From Paraspadella gotoi (Eukaryota > Animalia > Chaetognatha), in assembly GCA_051294375.1 (NCBI GenBank), contig CM119270.1, positions 4,332,301 through 4,396,300 on the forward strand: DNA of 64,000 nucleotides, given 5' to 3'. The translations under genes were made by a program, and so were the position numbers. The notes below the pieces were generated by a model. The model was not told where the DNA came from. It made no database searches and was given only the letters and a program-made list of their open reading frames with translations. Numbering within the stretch: position 1 is the first letter of the stretch; every line of letters begins with the position of its first letter. Below, one piece after another: positions 23,911 through 35,264 of this stretch.

Positions 23911-25104
23911 CGGGCATTGACGGAAATCGAATTCACTTAAAAAATCGAAACAACATTGAAATAAAAAAAGCAAAAAAAAAAAAAAGGAATCACAAACACC
24001 CCCCCCCCAAAAAAAGAACACATTATATGAAATCGAAACAGAGAGGCGAATGGCAGTGACGACAGAAACATTAGTACAACAAATAATAAAGAAATAAAAT
24101 CGATCAAGGTAAAATTTAAATTTATAAGGAAAGATATTAAGTATTGTGGTACATCGAAACCGTAAAGAAAAAATGAAATATTGAAAAACAAGTTTTTTTT
24201 CCCATTTCATTTTTTCGTACTTTTAAACTTTTTTAACGAATATTTTTTTAAAAAATCTTTAGAAATAATTTTTGAATTTTCTTAACTTCGGTTTAATCTC
24301 CTCGAATTTAGTATCGGAATTTCTGGACGGAATCAATTGACCACAAAATCGAATGACGGAAAATCAACCCGAGTCTTTATTTACGAAGATAAAAAAAAAC
24401 AGAGGAAAATAAAGAATGAGCTTCGACTCGACCGATATCTATCTGGTTTGAACGATCCGAGCCAACGCGACTCTCGAACGAGATTCTAAATTCATATCGG
24501 CATTTCAGTATTATTAATTTTTCTTTCAATTTAATTTAACTCATTTCAGATTCATAGTATCGAAATCGCTCTCCTCGCGCGTCAATTAACTAGATTGAAA
24601 TTCGTCAATTCATTCTCCGGTCGTTCATTCTTCGATTATCTTTCGTTCATCGTTCATTTACCATTTGGTCGTGTCATTCATCTCATTTCTCCGAGAGGTC
24701 GTTGGCTTCGTCGCCTCAGCGCCGATTGCTCATTTGTTTTTTTAGTATTCACAACGAAAATCTTGGAGCGAAGTGAAAGGATTCTTTATTCAACTTTGCG
24801 ATCTGTCGTCAAATTTGGTATTTGTAGTTACTACTACTGCTACTACTATAAGTCGTTATCTATAATATATTGTGTACAATTCAGTCAAAGTAAATGAAAA
24901 CGTTTTTGCTTTAAAGGTTTTTTTTTTCTATTTAAATATAAAAGAAATAATGATAACAAACAAGACATCAGAAACCTGACCAAAACTGATTCTAAAAAAT
25001 CCATTTGATAACAATATTTACGTAATGGAAATATTTTCTTACAGATAAAGCAAATATGAGAATCTACGGCAAAAGAGAAATAGGTTTTTGTTTCCACCAA
25101 CTTA
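21563..25104. repeat. Long inverted duplication: arms of about 1.6 kb (21563-23152 and about 23490-25104) around a spacer containing an N gap
   Basis: TAAGTTGGTGGAAACAAAAACCTATTTCTC... at 21563 is the reverse complement of the sequence ending at 25104. Identity continues inward to GCTAGCGCTCTCTC / GAGAGAGCGCTAGC, with small differences in homopolymer and microsatellite length. Confidence 0.95.
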
Positions 25105-25129
25105 TGGTCACTCGAGAAGACAATTTCTA

Positions 25130-25222
25130 AACAAAAGAAAGAATCTATCCACTTCGGGGATCGAACCCGAACTCGAGCGCTGGGACGCCAAGATTCCCAA
25201 TCTTTAGCCACCAGACGACCAA
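25130..25222 (-). mobile_element. tRNA-like Pol III unit (SINE head or tRNA pseudogene, Gly-like)
   Basis: Minus strand: A-box-like TGGCTAAAGATTGG, an anticodon-like arm GGCG-TCCCAG-CGCT, a perfect T-arm TTCGGG-TTCGATC-CCCGAA, then a T-run. The acceptor stem is not intact. Confidence 0.5.
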
Positions 25223-25619
25223 AGTTCCTCTTCTCTAAATCTCAACTTCAAGAACTTAAATTGATAAGAAGTCTTTTGTTTTATGGCAACCAAAACTCAT
25301 TCAACAGAAGATGTCTCATTGGTAGTGGATCTATTGTTTACTTTATGATTTGTTTGCTGAAGATTATTCAGTCTCTCTTTTTGTCTCATAAAGAAAATAC
25401 ATGTTTTACTTATGCCGTTAAAACAACTTGTTTTATTTGATCGTCAAATGTAATTAATACATTATCTACTGATGAGAAAGACTTCTTGAAATCAAAGTTA
25501 AATCATCGTCACACCTTCCCTGCAATAATACGTTCCAAGAGATAGTCACTTTGGCACCAATATCTTAGAACTGTAACTCAATAAGTGCCACGCCCACTTC
25601 ATCACGCTTTGGAGAATTC

Positions 25620-26902
25620 CGTGACCCGGCCACACTTGGAGAGTCCGACCGAAGAAACAGCAACCAACCTTCAAAGGGGGCGACAGAGGAAAATTACCAC
25701 TTCCGAGGTAGATCGGGAATGAATTGGAATTAAGTTGATCTCCGATCCACTGACACTTTTCCAACCCGCCCCCAATTCCCCTAATCCCTCAACCGACTCC
25801 ACAACGAGGAGGAGATTCCGATGAACGGCGACGATTACGTCAGCGAGTCGCTCATCCCACGCGACGCCGATGAGCCAGAGCCGACCGCCGCGACGCTACA
25901 GCTCCCCTTGGGATTCGACGAGGGCGACGATCGAGGTCGACATCTCCGCCTACGCTGACGCCGCTCAGCCTTTACCTTCCAAGCAGCCAACGCCGAAAAC
26001 TTCATGCGACGCGAGAATCTCGTCGACGCCGGCAGGCAACCGCGGCGCTTCCGACCGCGAACTTCGCAGTGAAACGACGAGCTCCGCGCCGCCCCTGGCA
26101 GCGGCGACACGCGCTTTGGACGAGCGTCAAACCGAAAACCAGATTTACCGGACTTTGACGTTTCCAACATCGGAATCTGATTCGGCGCGTAGAGGCGGCT
26201 TAACCCGCGCGGGGATAACCGTCCCAAAAATAAGTTTGCCCATCTGGAGCAAAAATAAACGTCAACGTCGATCCTACTATAAACCAATTCCTGTTCGGCG
26301 AAACGACGGAGAGACGTGGCGCCAGTTCTCCAGTATCTTGAGGAAGGAATATGGCCTGTCAAAAAGCGTCAACACGCCTCAACATTCTCGACACTCTCGA
26401 CGTCGATGGCATTGAAGCCGTCGAAAATGCTAGCGAAGCTGGATGAGAGGACTCGAAACATCAACCTCGATGACGTGCGGAAAGAAAAAATTCTCCGCGA
26501 GTTGCCCGTCGACGTGCGTCGGCAATTAGAGGACAAGGCCGAGGACCTATCAGCCCACGACCTATGCCAACTCGCGGACCGGCCTTATGACTAACGAGGG
26601 AAACCTCAAGATCGCCAGTCAGCCTCATTGTCAACATACGTCGAGAGAGAGCAAGTCGACGTCATCATCGAATCAGAGGACGACGACGACGACGCCATCA
26701 ATGCGTTTGGAATTTCCAGAAGCGTAATACAAACCGGGAAGAAGCGTCAGAATCAGGTCAAAGGAAAATAAAGAGCAAATTGATGACCCTCTGCAGCAAA
26801 CACGTTTAAGTTTGGAGACAACGCGTGGTCGTGCGAACCCGGCTGCGCAAAATTCGAGGAATCTCAAAAGCGCAAAGAGGGAAACGGGAAAGGGGACGCC
26901 GC
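25620..26902 (+). mobile_element. gag: Ty3/Gypsy (CsRn1 clade) copy A: leader and gag, frameshifted
   Basis: PBS-like GTGACCCGG at about 25621 (compare tRNA-Trp PBS TGGTGACCCCG). Gag motifs LPDFDVSNIGI, LKPSKMLAKL and ILRELPVDVRRQL. A CHCC knuckle reads approximately LCSKHVKFGDNAWSCEPGC (C-X2-H-X9-C-X3-C) after correcting small indels. GGGAAAC at the gag end. Colinear with copy B. Confidence 0.85.
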
Positions 26903-27412
26903 CACATGCCTGATTTTTCAAAAGACTCCAGGTTAACGCCCTGCTCTTCCTCCGTCCGCCTATCTCCTACACACTGCCTATTTTTCAAAAAAGACCTCCA
27001 GAGTTAACGCCCTGCTCCTTCCTCCGTTCGCCATCTCCTACACACTGCCTGATTTTTCAAAAAGACCTCCAGGTTAACGCCCTGCTCTTCCTCCGTCGCC
27101 TATCTCCTACACACTGCCTGATTTTCAAAAAAAGACCTCCAGGTTAACGCCCTGCTCCTTCCTCCGTCCGCCTATCTCCTACACACTGCCTGATTTTTCA
27201 AAAAGAACTCCAGGTTAACGCCCTGCTCCTTCCTCCGTCCGCCTATCTCCTACACATCTGCCTGATTTTCAAAAAACCCCCTCCAGGTTACGCCCTGCTC
27301 CTTCCCGTCCGCCTATCTCCTACACACTGCTGATTTTTCAAAAAAGACCTCCAGGTTTTAACGCCCTGCTCCTTCCTCCGTCGCCTATCTCCTACACACT
27401 GTGATTTTTAAA
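26903..27412 (+). repeat. Tandem array of about 71-bp units (7 full plus a partial eighth), each a copy of the element's left terminus
   Basis: Units start at 26903, 26970, 27041, 27110, 27182, 27253, 27323 and 27395. Consensus CACACTGCCTGATTTTTCAAAAAGACCTCCAGGTTAACGCCCTGCTCCTTCCTCCGTCCGCCTATCTCCTA. Confidence 0.95.
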
Positions 27413-28377
27413 TCCCCGCCAACATCCCCACCCACCTCCGATTTAGTGTCAGCAATTTTAATGATTAGTCTAAACTCGAAAAATATCTAAATTGTTTTAT
27501 TTTGCTTTTAATAATAATGACATCAAACGTTATATAATTATTAAAATTGATATAATTTAAACATACATATTTTAAAGAAATTTTTCTTGTTTGCTTTCAA
27601 ATATTTATATTTACTAATATATTTTAAAGGAATATGTTTCTAAAACTACAACATGCAAAACAATTTTGTCATATTTTGCTTGGTCAGTGGTTGGTTTCCT
27701 CATTTCTCATTGCATAATGAAGAAGAGAAAAAATAGAAAGGGGAAAAGAGCGCGTTTGTTTTAGTTAATTACTGCATCTGACAAGACTCCCGAACGATCT
27801 CTCAAAAGCAAAACCAAATAATAAAAATCTTAAAGATAGGATCGAGCCTGCCTTCAATGATACCAATATTGAAGTGGAAAATTCAAACCAAAATATTTGA
27901 ATCCAAATGTAATATGAAAATTTCAAGCTATTTCAGATGAGAAGCCATATCTAATCGGACCAAAGATGGAATCGGATCCGCGACTCGATAGAATTCGCCG
28001 AAGATTCTCTCATTGGACCGAATCACCATCGGAACGGACCAATGAGAAGAAGAGCTTCTTGCCATCGGAAAATGAACCCGTGTGCGATGATCCGATGACC
28101 TGTATAAATACTGATCGTTTTTGTATCCGATTTATTCTGTCTCTAATTCTCACTCTGTTCTTCGCTTGATATATTTCTGAGAATAAAAAATCCACTTGGT
28201 TTCATGTCGAAATCTCTGTCTACTTACTTAAATGAGAGAGAAAGGGCGGGAGAAACCGGTAAACGAGAGGGCGAACGAGTCGTACGGTCAACCTTGGTCC
28301 GGTCAATCGGTCAGTCCATCGACCTCGGTTGTCGTCGTCTTGTCGTCGTCTCCGTCGGTCTCGTGCCTTTCTCTTCA

Positions 28378-28412
<35 letters not shown>

Positions 28413-28599
28413 ATGAATATAAGTTTTTTTATTCAGAAAGTTGATTTCATTGATTGATTATGCTTTATTGATTAAAATGAAGACAAAGAGGAATATAATA
28501 TTAGACAAGATAACAAGACAACAAATATCCCCAAACAGTGAAATAAAATCAAGTTGAGCAAACTTGATAATCTCGGGGTCTGTTGGGTTTACTGGTGAG

Positions 28600-29150
28600 A
28601 TCTTTCTCATTAAAACTGAAATATAACGAAAATCCGTTTTAACCTATATCACTGTAATCCCAGCCAGCTTTAAACATAAATATATTTCTTTTTAACATAA
28701 ACCTTCGTAAACGACTTGTAAAATAAAATATGAAATAAATTTAAAATCCTAGTTCTTTCTTTGTTATTTCTTGGAATTGAGAAGTTTATTGGTAAAGCTT
28801 GTTTCTCTCTTAAATAACAAAATCGCTAAAATCCGCATTACCAGTTATTACTAGAACCTTATGCTACCTGTTCAACCTGACAATGATATTTAATTCAGAT
28901 AAACCTGCTTAAACGAATACAAGAAAGTCATGAAAAAAAAGAAAAAATCTGAAAACCTGTTCTTTCTTTGTTATTTTTGATGATTGACATGTAACTGTAA
29001 GGTATATTTCTTCTTAAAACTCAAAACGCACAAAAACCGCAACAGACCATAATAGCCAAAACCGATTACTAACTATAAAACTATTGTCAATTTTAAAATA
29101 TAATAAACCTGTTTAAACGGGTAACTACAAGAAAAATTTTAAATTCTTGA
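28600..29150 (+). repeat. Degenerate tandem repeat of about 203 bp (about 2.7 copies), with a further copy near 29935-30060
   Basis: Recurring motifs: ATAAACC...TAAACG at about 28697, 28899, 29103 and 30031; TTCTTTCTTTGTTATTT at about 28752 and 28960; TTTCTC..TTAAAA at about 28603, 28802, 29007 and 29936. Confidence 0.6.
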
Positions 29151-30471
29151 ATGTAGTTAATTTCTTATATATTTTTCGCGCATGTCTGTTGTTGAATACC
29201 TGATGTTACGAAATCATTATCACAAATATATACCGTGGAAATCCAAACTTTCTTCTTTCACCCCGATGCTCTTTTATTTCTATTTTTACTAACGCAAGGA
29301 AATTCTATTTCTTCCCGCGATCACAGCGACATCTTTGGTTTCTAATTTGTATCATAGTATATATACTTAAGTACAGCTTCGAGTGCTACGCATGCTGTTT
29401 CTGATTGTTCCCGCCCGTTTCTTTAGATCTCAGCATTGATTTCTATCGACGTGTGACCTCTCAGATTTGTCAGTCTGCAATGCGTTTTTACTACTTTTTA
29501 AGATAATTAAATCGTTATTTAAGATATCTCGGAAACTTCTTTTTAATAAGAACTAGTGATCGCTGGATTGGTGGACTTTCCTTGTGATAGAGGCAACCAT
29601 TTCTACAAATTTGGCTTCAGTAAACAAGTAAGATGGATTCTTTAACTTTATATTATTTGCTGAAGTGTGTATTAAATGTTTTGTTATTCTTGCCCAGGAC
29701 TTCTAACTCTCTCTCTACTCTAACACTCCATCTCATCAACTTTAGATAAGAAGTGCTGGGCTTCGACTTTGTCGTCAGATCTCATCTTGAGCGTCAAGAC
29801 GGCGCCATCGTCTCGTCCGCGCCATCTAAACTCGAATTCCTCTCGTTTTGATAGCGCAGGATCAGCTCAGCCAGTTAGTTGTCAACGACAGCCACCCTAG
29901 AACATAGTTCAATACACCTGATTTGAAAAATCAAATTCTCTCTTAATTTTAAAAAATCGCAATAATCGCATCAACACAGAATAAGTAAACCTCCTTTAAC
30001 TAATAAAACCTATAGATATTACCAGCAGTGATAAACTGGTTAAACGAGTGACATAAAGTAAAAAAAATGTTTTTGTAAAATTTTTTTCAATGTAAAATAC
30101 ATGGAGTATGGTAAGAAAAAATTATCTTATTTTATACGTATGAAAAAATATTTTGTTCTTATGCAACATATGCGCAAGGGGAGACAATGCAGCTTTCAAA
30201 AACGGCCGTATCATTTTTATGCATATAAACGCATAGTATAAGAAAATGGCATTTGTCAAATAAAAAAATAATTTATTTAGAGGAGGGTAAAAGAAAAGTT
30301 AAAAAAGAAGAAAAGAAAGGTTGGACGAGTTGTTGGCGATCTTTTCTGGTTCAAAAGCCCGCAAGACCATCTACTTATCAGTTAACGCTATTCAAAAAAT
30401 CGAATCGATGACATGACTTTTTTCACTCGATTTTGAAATTTTTTTTTTCCTGGAGGTCTGAGGCACCCGTG

Positions 30472-32940
30472 CGCCGCGGTGAACGCCGTCCCCCATCATC
30501 AATCACGTTCACCAGGCAGCAATCGACTTACTGTACATACAGAAGACTCGCAAAGCAGATCAAACTGGTTTGGTGGACGGCGGGGCCCTCCTATCAATTA
30601 TTCCTCCGACTCACGAACAAAGGCAAAGCGGACGCAAACCAGAGATGAAGTTTACAAAGCAGCAAATGGTTTCCCAATAAAACTGCTTGGCAACCATCAA
30701 AAAGACGCGTCACACTAGGAAAAAGACAATTTCGAATATGAATGTTGTAGTGGCTGTCCGTCACACAGTTTATCTAGGAGGCAGATTTTCTCGCGGAAAA
30801 TTTCTTAGCGCCTAATCACAGAGACGGCGCTATTGATGAGCCTGAAGGACTACTCGCCGATAGCCGCGTCCGACATCTCCGGAGCCACTACTCACGTGAA
30901 TTTTGTAGATCGCAAAGGCAAAAAGTTTATAAACTCTTAGGATTCGTTTCCTTCTCTTTCAACGCCGCATTCGAACTCAAAGAACCGCGTCACGGCGTTT
31001 TTACCCACTCCATCCCGACAGAAGTCGACCCGTGTCATCTCGGAGCGCATCGAATAGATCCGGAAAAGCTGCAGTGGCAAAGAACGAGCTGGAAAAATGG
31101 TCTCGCTAAGGTATAGCACAAGAGAGGAAAATCAGAGTGGTCCCTCGCCGCTTCACGTAGTAGCAAAGCCGGACCGGTGGTTGGGCTGCTGCGGTGATTA
31201 CCGCGGCTGAATGCTCAAACGATAGACGACCGCTATTTCCGGTCAAGCTGCTGACCGACTTTAACGCGCAACTCGAGGGAAAAACTATCTTTTCAAAGAA
31301 TAGACTTACTTAAGGGGGTATCAAAGCAGATCGGCCCGTTTCAACCCCGAAGGACGGTAAAAAGAGGCGGTCATTCACGGCCATTCGGCTGTACGTCTTT
31401 CCCGCTGCCCATTTGGGCTGAAAAATGCGGGGCAGATTTTTCAGCGCCTTATGGACTGCGATACTCGGCGACATCCCGACACATTCGTCTATCTCGACGA
31501 CATTTTTGGTCGCGTCGACAACGCCGGAGAAGCATCTTCGTGACCTTAGAGCGTGTCTTAAGACACTGCGACGACAACGGCTCGTGGTAAACCGAAGAAA
31601 TGTCTCCTTGGCCAGGATCCCTGGAATTTCTGGGTTTCCTCGTCGACAAGATGTGTGCGCCCTTTACCCGAACGGGTAAAACTCTTCGTGCAAACGACAA
31701 AAGCCGACATAATCAAAGGACTCCAGCATCCTTGGAATGATAATTACATCGGCGTTTCTATTCCAAAGGTCGCTCATCGCTGTGCGCCACTGTATGAAGC
31801 ACTTCAGTGGAAAGCCAAAGAAAGATATTAAAGTGGACGGAAGGACTGCGACCGAGCCTTTGGAAGAATCAAAGAAGGCTTGAATCGGCAGGCAGCGCTT
31901 ACCTGCATCATCCTCGACGGCTGCGCAGCTTGGCATCACGACGGATCGCGTCTGACGCACGGCGGTGGGAGGCCGTGCTGGAAGCAAAGAGGCCCAAAGG
32001 CTGGGAGCCTTTGGCCTTTTTTTGGCCAAATGTGGCTGAAAAACCAGAAGCTCTGGCACTTCGACGCGAGCTTTATGGGCGCTTCGTGCAGTCCGGCATT
32101 TTCGCCACTGGATTGAAAGGAAGAACATTCACGATCTATACAGACCACCAGAGTCTCATTCCCGCCATCAAGAAAAGTCTGAAAGCCCAACCGCTCGTCA
32201 AGCTTACCAGCTGTCAGTTAATAGCTGAGTATACGACAGATATCGCGCTACTGAAAGGCAAGGCGAATTGCTCGTCGCAGACGCGCTCTCTGTCCGAACA
32301 ACGCGTCAACAGCAGCAGCAGCATCACAGCAGAGCAGCAGGATACAAGCGCTCAGAATCGTCCGACGATCAACTCAGCAACGTCTTTCGACCTCTTTCCG
32401 CCAGTCATACAGCTAGCCTGGCAGAAAATTGCGGCAAAAGTCGACAATATCAAAATAGTCTCCAATGAGGCGATTCGACAAATGACTCAAGCCAGTGCAG
32501 GGACGACTCCAACATTTCGACAGTATCAAAGCGACGAGCGAGTGGAGCGAGAAATCAACCCAACCGTTTGGAGCGCCAATGCGCTGATGTTGCGTCGTTA
32601 ACAACGCTTCGGAGATCGGACTTTGACAAATGGCGCGGGAACAAGTTCTAGATCCGAACTTTTCAAAAGATCTCTGAGGAAGCGGAACCGGCTTTGACAT
32701 TCCGGAAGATTCGAGTTGGCATCAGGAACTCCTTCTGCTGATAGTTCAAAGCGGTCCAGCGAGACCATTTCCGTTCAGCATCGTGGCGACGAAAAGTTTT
32801 TTGACGTTATACACGGACTCGGGTCATCCAGGGGTCGACGCGATCGAGCAACTGCTAGCGGGCGAAATTTCGTCTGGGACGAATATGCGCCAGGAACGTT
32901 ACGCAATGGTGCAGCGTGACTGTGTCGATTGCCAGCGGGT
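30472..32940 (+). mobile_element. pol: Ty3/Gypsy copy A pol (protease, RT, RNase H, start of integrase), frameshifted and truncated
   Basis: Protease (L)VDGGALLSII. RT motifs WSSPLHVVAKP, CGDYR, FGLKNAGQ.FQRLMD and YLDDI. RNase H F.IYTDHQSL and KGKAN...ADALS. Integrase IHGLG.HP...CVDCQR, after which the match stops at a CT run near 32940. Confidence 0.9.
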
Positions 32941-35171
32941 CTCTCTCTCTCTCAAATTATTCCAAACTCATCCCTTTTTTAAAAGGCGTTCGATGGGATT
33001 ATGACGTCAGCGCATCGACTTTTGTTCTCTACTTTTTTTATTCTCTCAATTTTTCTCTTCACCAATCCAGTGAAAGGAGAAAACGAGGTAAGTTTCTCGA
33101 GATGGGGTGTGATTAACGGATCCTAAGCTCTCACCTGTTTTTTGGTTGAGGCTCTCTTATCAAATCAGAGTTGAAAATGTGATTTTCGTTTAATGAAAAA
33201 AAGATTTGTCGTCTATTATCTCATTTGCATTTTGCAAAGTTTCTCTCGTTCGACAATTTCCGATTTTTTCTTTCGAAAACGTTGCGAATTTAGTAATTCA
33301 GACATTAATGTCAATTAATAAAATGGTAATTAGCTTGAATTATAAACAATCTAACTCTCGGTAGAAAAATGAAATTTTTTTTAATAACAAAAAACTAACG
33401 GTTAAACGTTAGGGCCATTGATAGATTAATTTCTTTCCTTCCCTCTCCGTGCTTCCCTCCTTTTATTTCATATTTTTTCTCCACCCCCTTTTTTCTCCCT
33501 TTTTTCTTTTTTCCTCTTTTCTTTCCTGCTTTCCTCTTTTCCCCTCATTTTACCTCCTTTCCTCCTATCATTTCCTTTTTTTTTCTTTTCTCTCTTTCCT
33601 CTTTTTTCCCCTTTTTTTCTCTTTTCATCCATTTTTCCTCCTTCCCTCCCTTCCTCTTTTCCTCCATGCTTTCCTCCTTTCCTCCTTTTCTCTCTTCTTT
33701 CCTCCAGATGTCGCCTCCAATTCCTTCCTTCGTTTTTCGTCACCGACGAAAATGAGTGACGACATTTTTCTCTACGTCGCCATCTTGTTTTTTCCACTTT
33801 TCCGTCCTTCTTTTCTTTTCCTTCCTTGTCACTAACTTTTTCTTTTTTCTTCTGTAACTTTCCTTCTAACTTCCTTCTATTTTTTTTCTTTTCTTTCTTT
33901 TCTTTGTCTCTTAATATTTTCTCCTATTACCTCATTACTTTTGCTTACCACGAATTTCTCATCTTTTTTTCATTTTCTTTTTTTACTATTCTTCTTTTTC
34001 TTTTAATTCTCACTTAATATTTTTAGTTGCGCCTCAAGTACTCGTGGAGCATCTCTATAAGTCACTTTTCCGTCGGTCGATCTGTCGGTCGACGTTCTGT
34101 TCCGCTTACGTTAGTTGGATGTTCATTTGACAAGGATAGAAACTGAAATCGAAGCAACTGCTAGCGCTACCTTTTGTTTTTAAAGAAAACTATAAAGTAT
34201 AAAAGACGAGATTCAAATGCTAGCCATAGCCGATGAAATTTAAATGCTAATGTATACAGCGTTAAAATAATCTATCAAGACCATAGATTATGGTATTAAA
34301 TATTTTTTGTCAAAAATGCTTTCTTCTGAGGGTACTCGCCTAATTAAAAATATTATATTACTATATAAAGCAAAAATATTTTTTTTAAATCTTAAAATTT
34401 TTTGATGGATTCTGATAGAGCTTAAAAGTTAAAACAAGAAATATAACTACAGCTTTTAAAATTCTTACGTTTTCTAAGTGAAAATATAAAAAAACTGATA
34501 AAATCATCGAAGATGATGATGATGATGATTTTTATAGTTTTTCTTATTTTTGACACACTTATCATAAAAATATTTAAAAAAGAATCATACTTTGTGTAGA
34601 CAACTTTTTATGAGCTATCTGAATCTGGTCTTAAAATTTAAAAATTCAAAAAAAAATTTTTTGCCTTTCTATCTATAAATAAATATTAAAAATTAATTAC
34701 TAGGGTATAGAGCCATATTATAAATTTTTTGTCCATTGAAAGTATTCTTAAAAATGTCTAAATATTCGTTTGAGCATGTACTCACTCTAAATTTTTGACT
34801 CACCCCATTGAGTGCGGCTACCCCTACCAATGCAGCGCGTGTTGAAGTTAAATGGAAATATGCGTGATAAAAAGTTACTGCGGCGCAAACACGCATTGGA
34901 ATTTCCGTTCGTGTTTTCCCCTTTTTTTTTTTATCGCTTTTCTCATCTTTCCAACAGTATTTTTACTTACTCAGGTTTTATCTTAATTTTCTTTTGAAGA
35001 AATTTTTTTCAAATTAGCTCACTTAGTGTGCTTTGGATGTTGACGCTTCGTTCCTTTCCTAAAACTTACTTTTCCTTTTCACTTGTCTTAACCCTTTTTT
35101 TTAAATTTTACACAATTATAAATGTATCGCTCTCAACTGATTTTTATTTATCTCTCTTAAAGTTTTGCGCT

Positions 35172-35264
<93 letters not shown>

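Larger units (their letters stand above)
26903..30471. mobile_element. Non-autonomous DNA transposon-like insertion with CAC...GTG termini (Chapaev/CACTA-type or Transib-type)
   Basis: Removing it restores the Gypsy gag-pol junction seen intact in copy B (GGGAAACGG..AGGGG.CGCCG.CGCG.TGAACGCC). It is flanked by CGCCGC on both sides (26897-26902 and 30472-30477). Both ends share CAC..TGCCT and AGACCTCCAGG in inverted orientation. No transposase ORF was recognised inside. Confidence 0.75.

Noticed and set aside
25465-25510. Hammerhead ribozyme-like CTGATGA...GAAA (similar cores at about 20980 and 51159)
   Set aside because: Stems I and III cannot be formed and stem II is poor.
26903-27412. CRISPR-like array
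   Set aside because: Units are repeated along their whole length with no unique spacers, there are no cas genes, and the context is eukaryotic.
33440-34020. Long Phe/Ser/Leu or Lys/Arg/Glu ORFs (also 43280-44420, 56080-56430, 58300-58870, 62295-63890)
   Set aside because: Products of polypyrimidine/polypurine and microsatellite tracts, with no splice or codon support.
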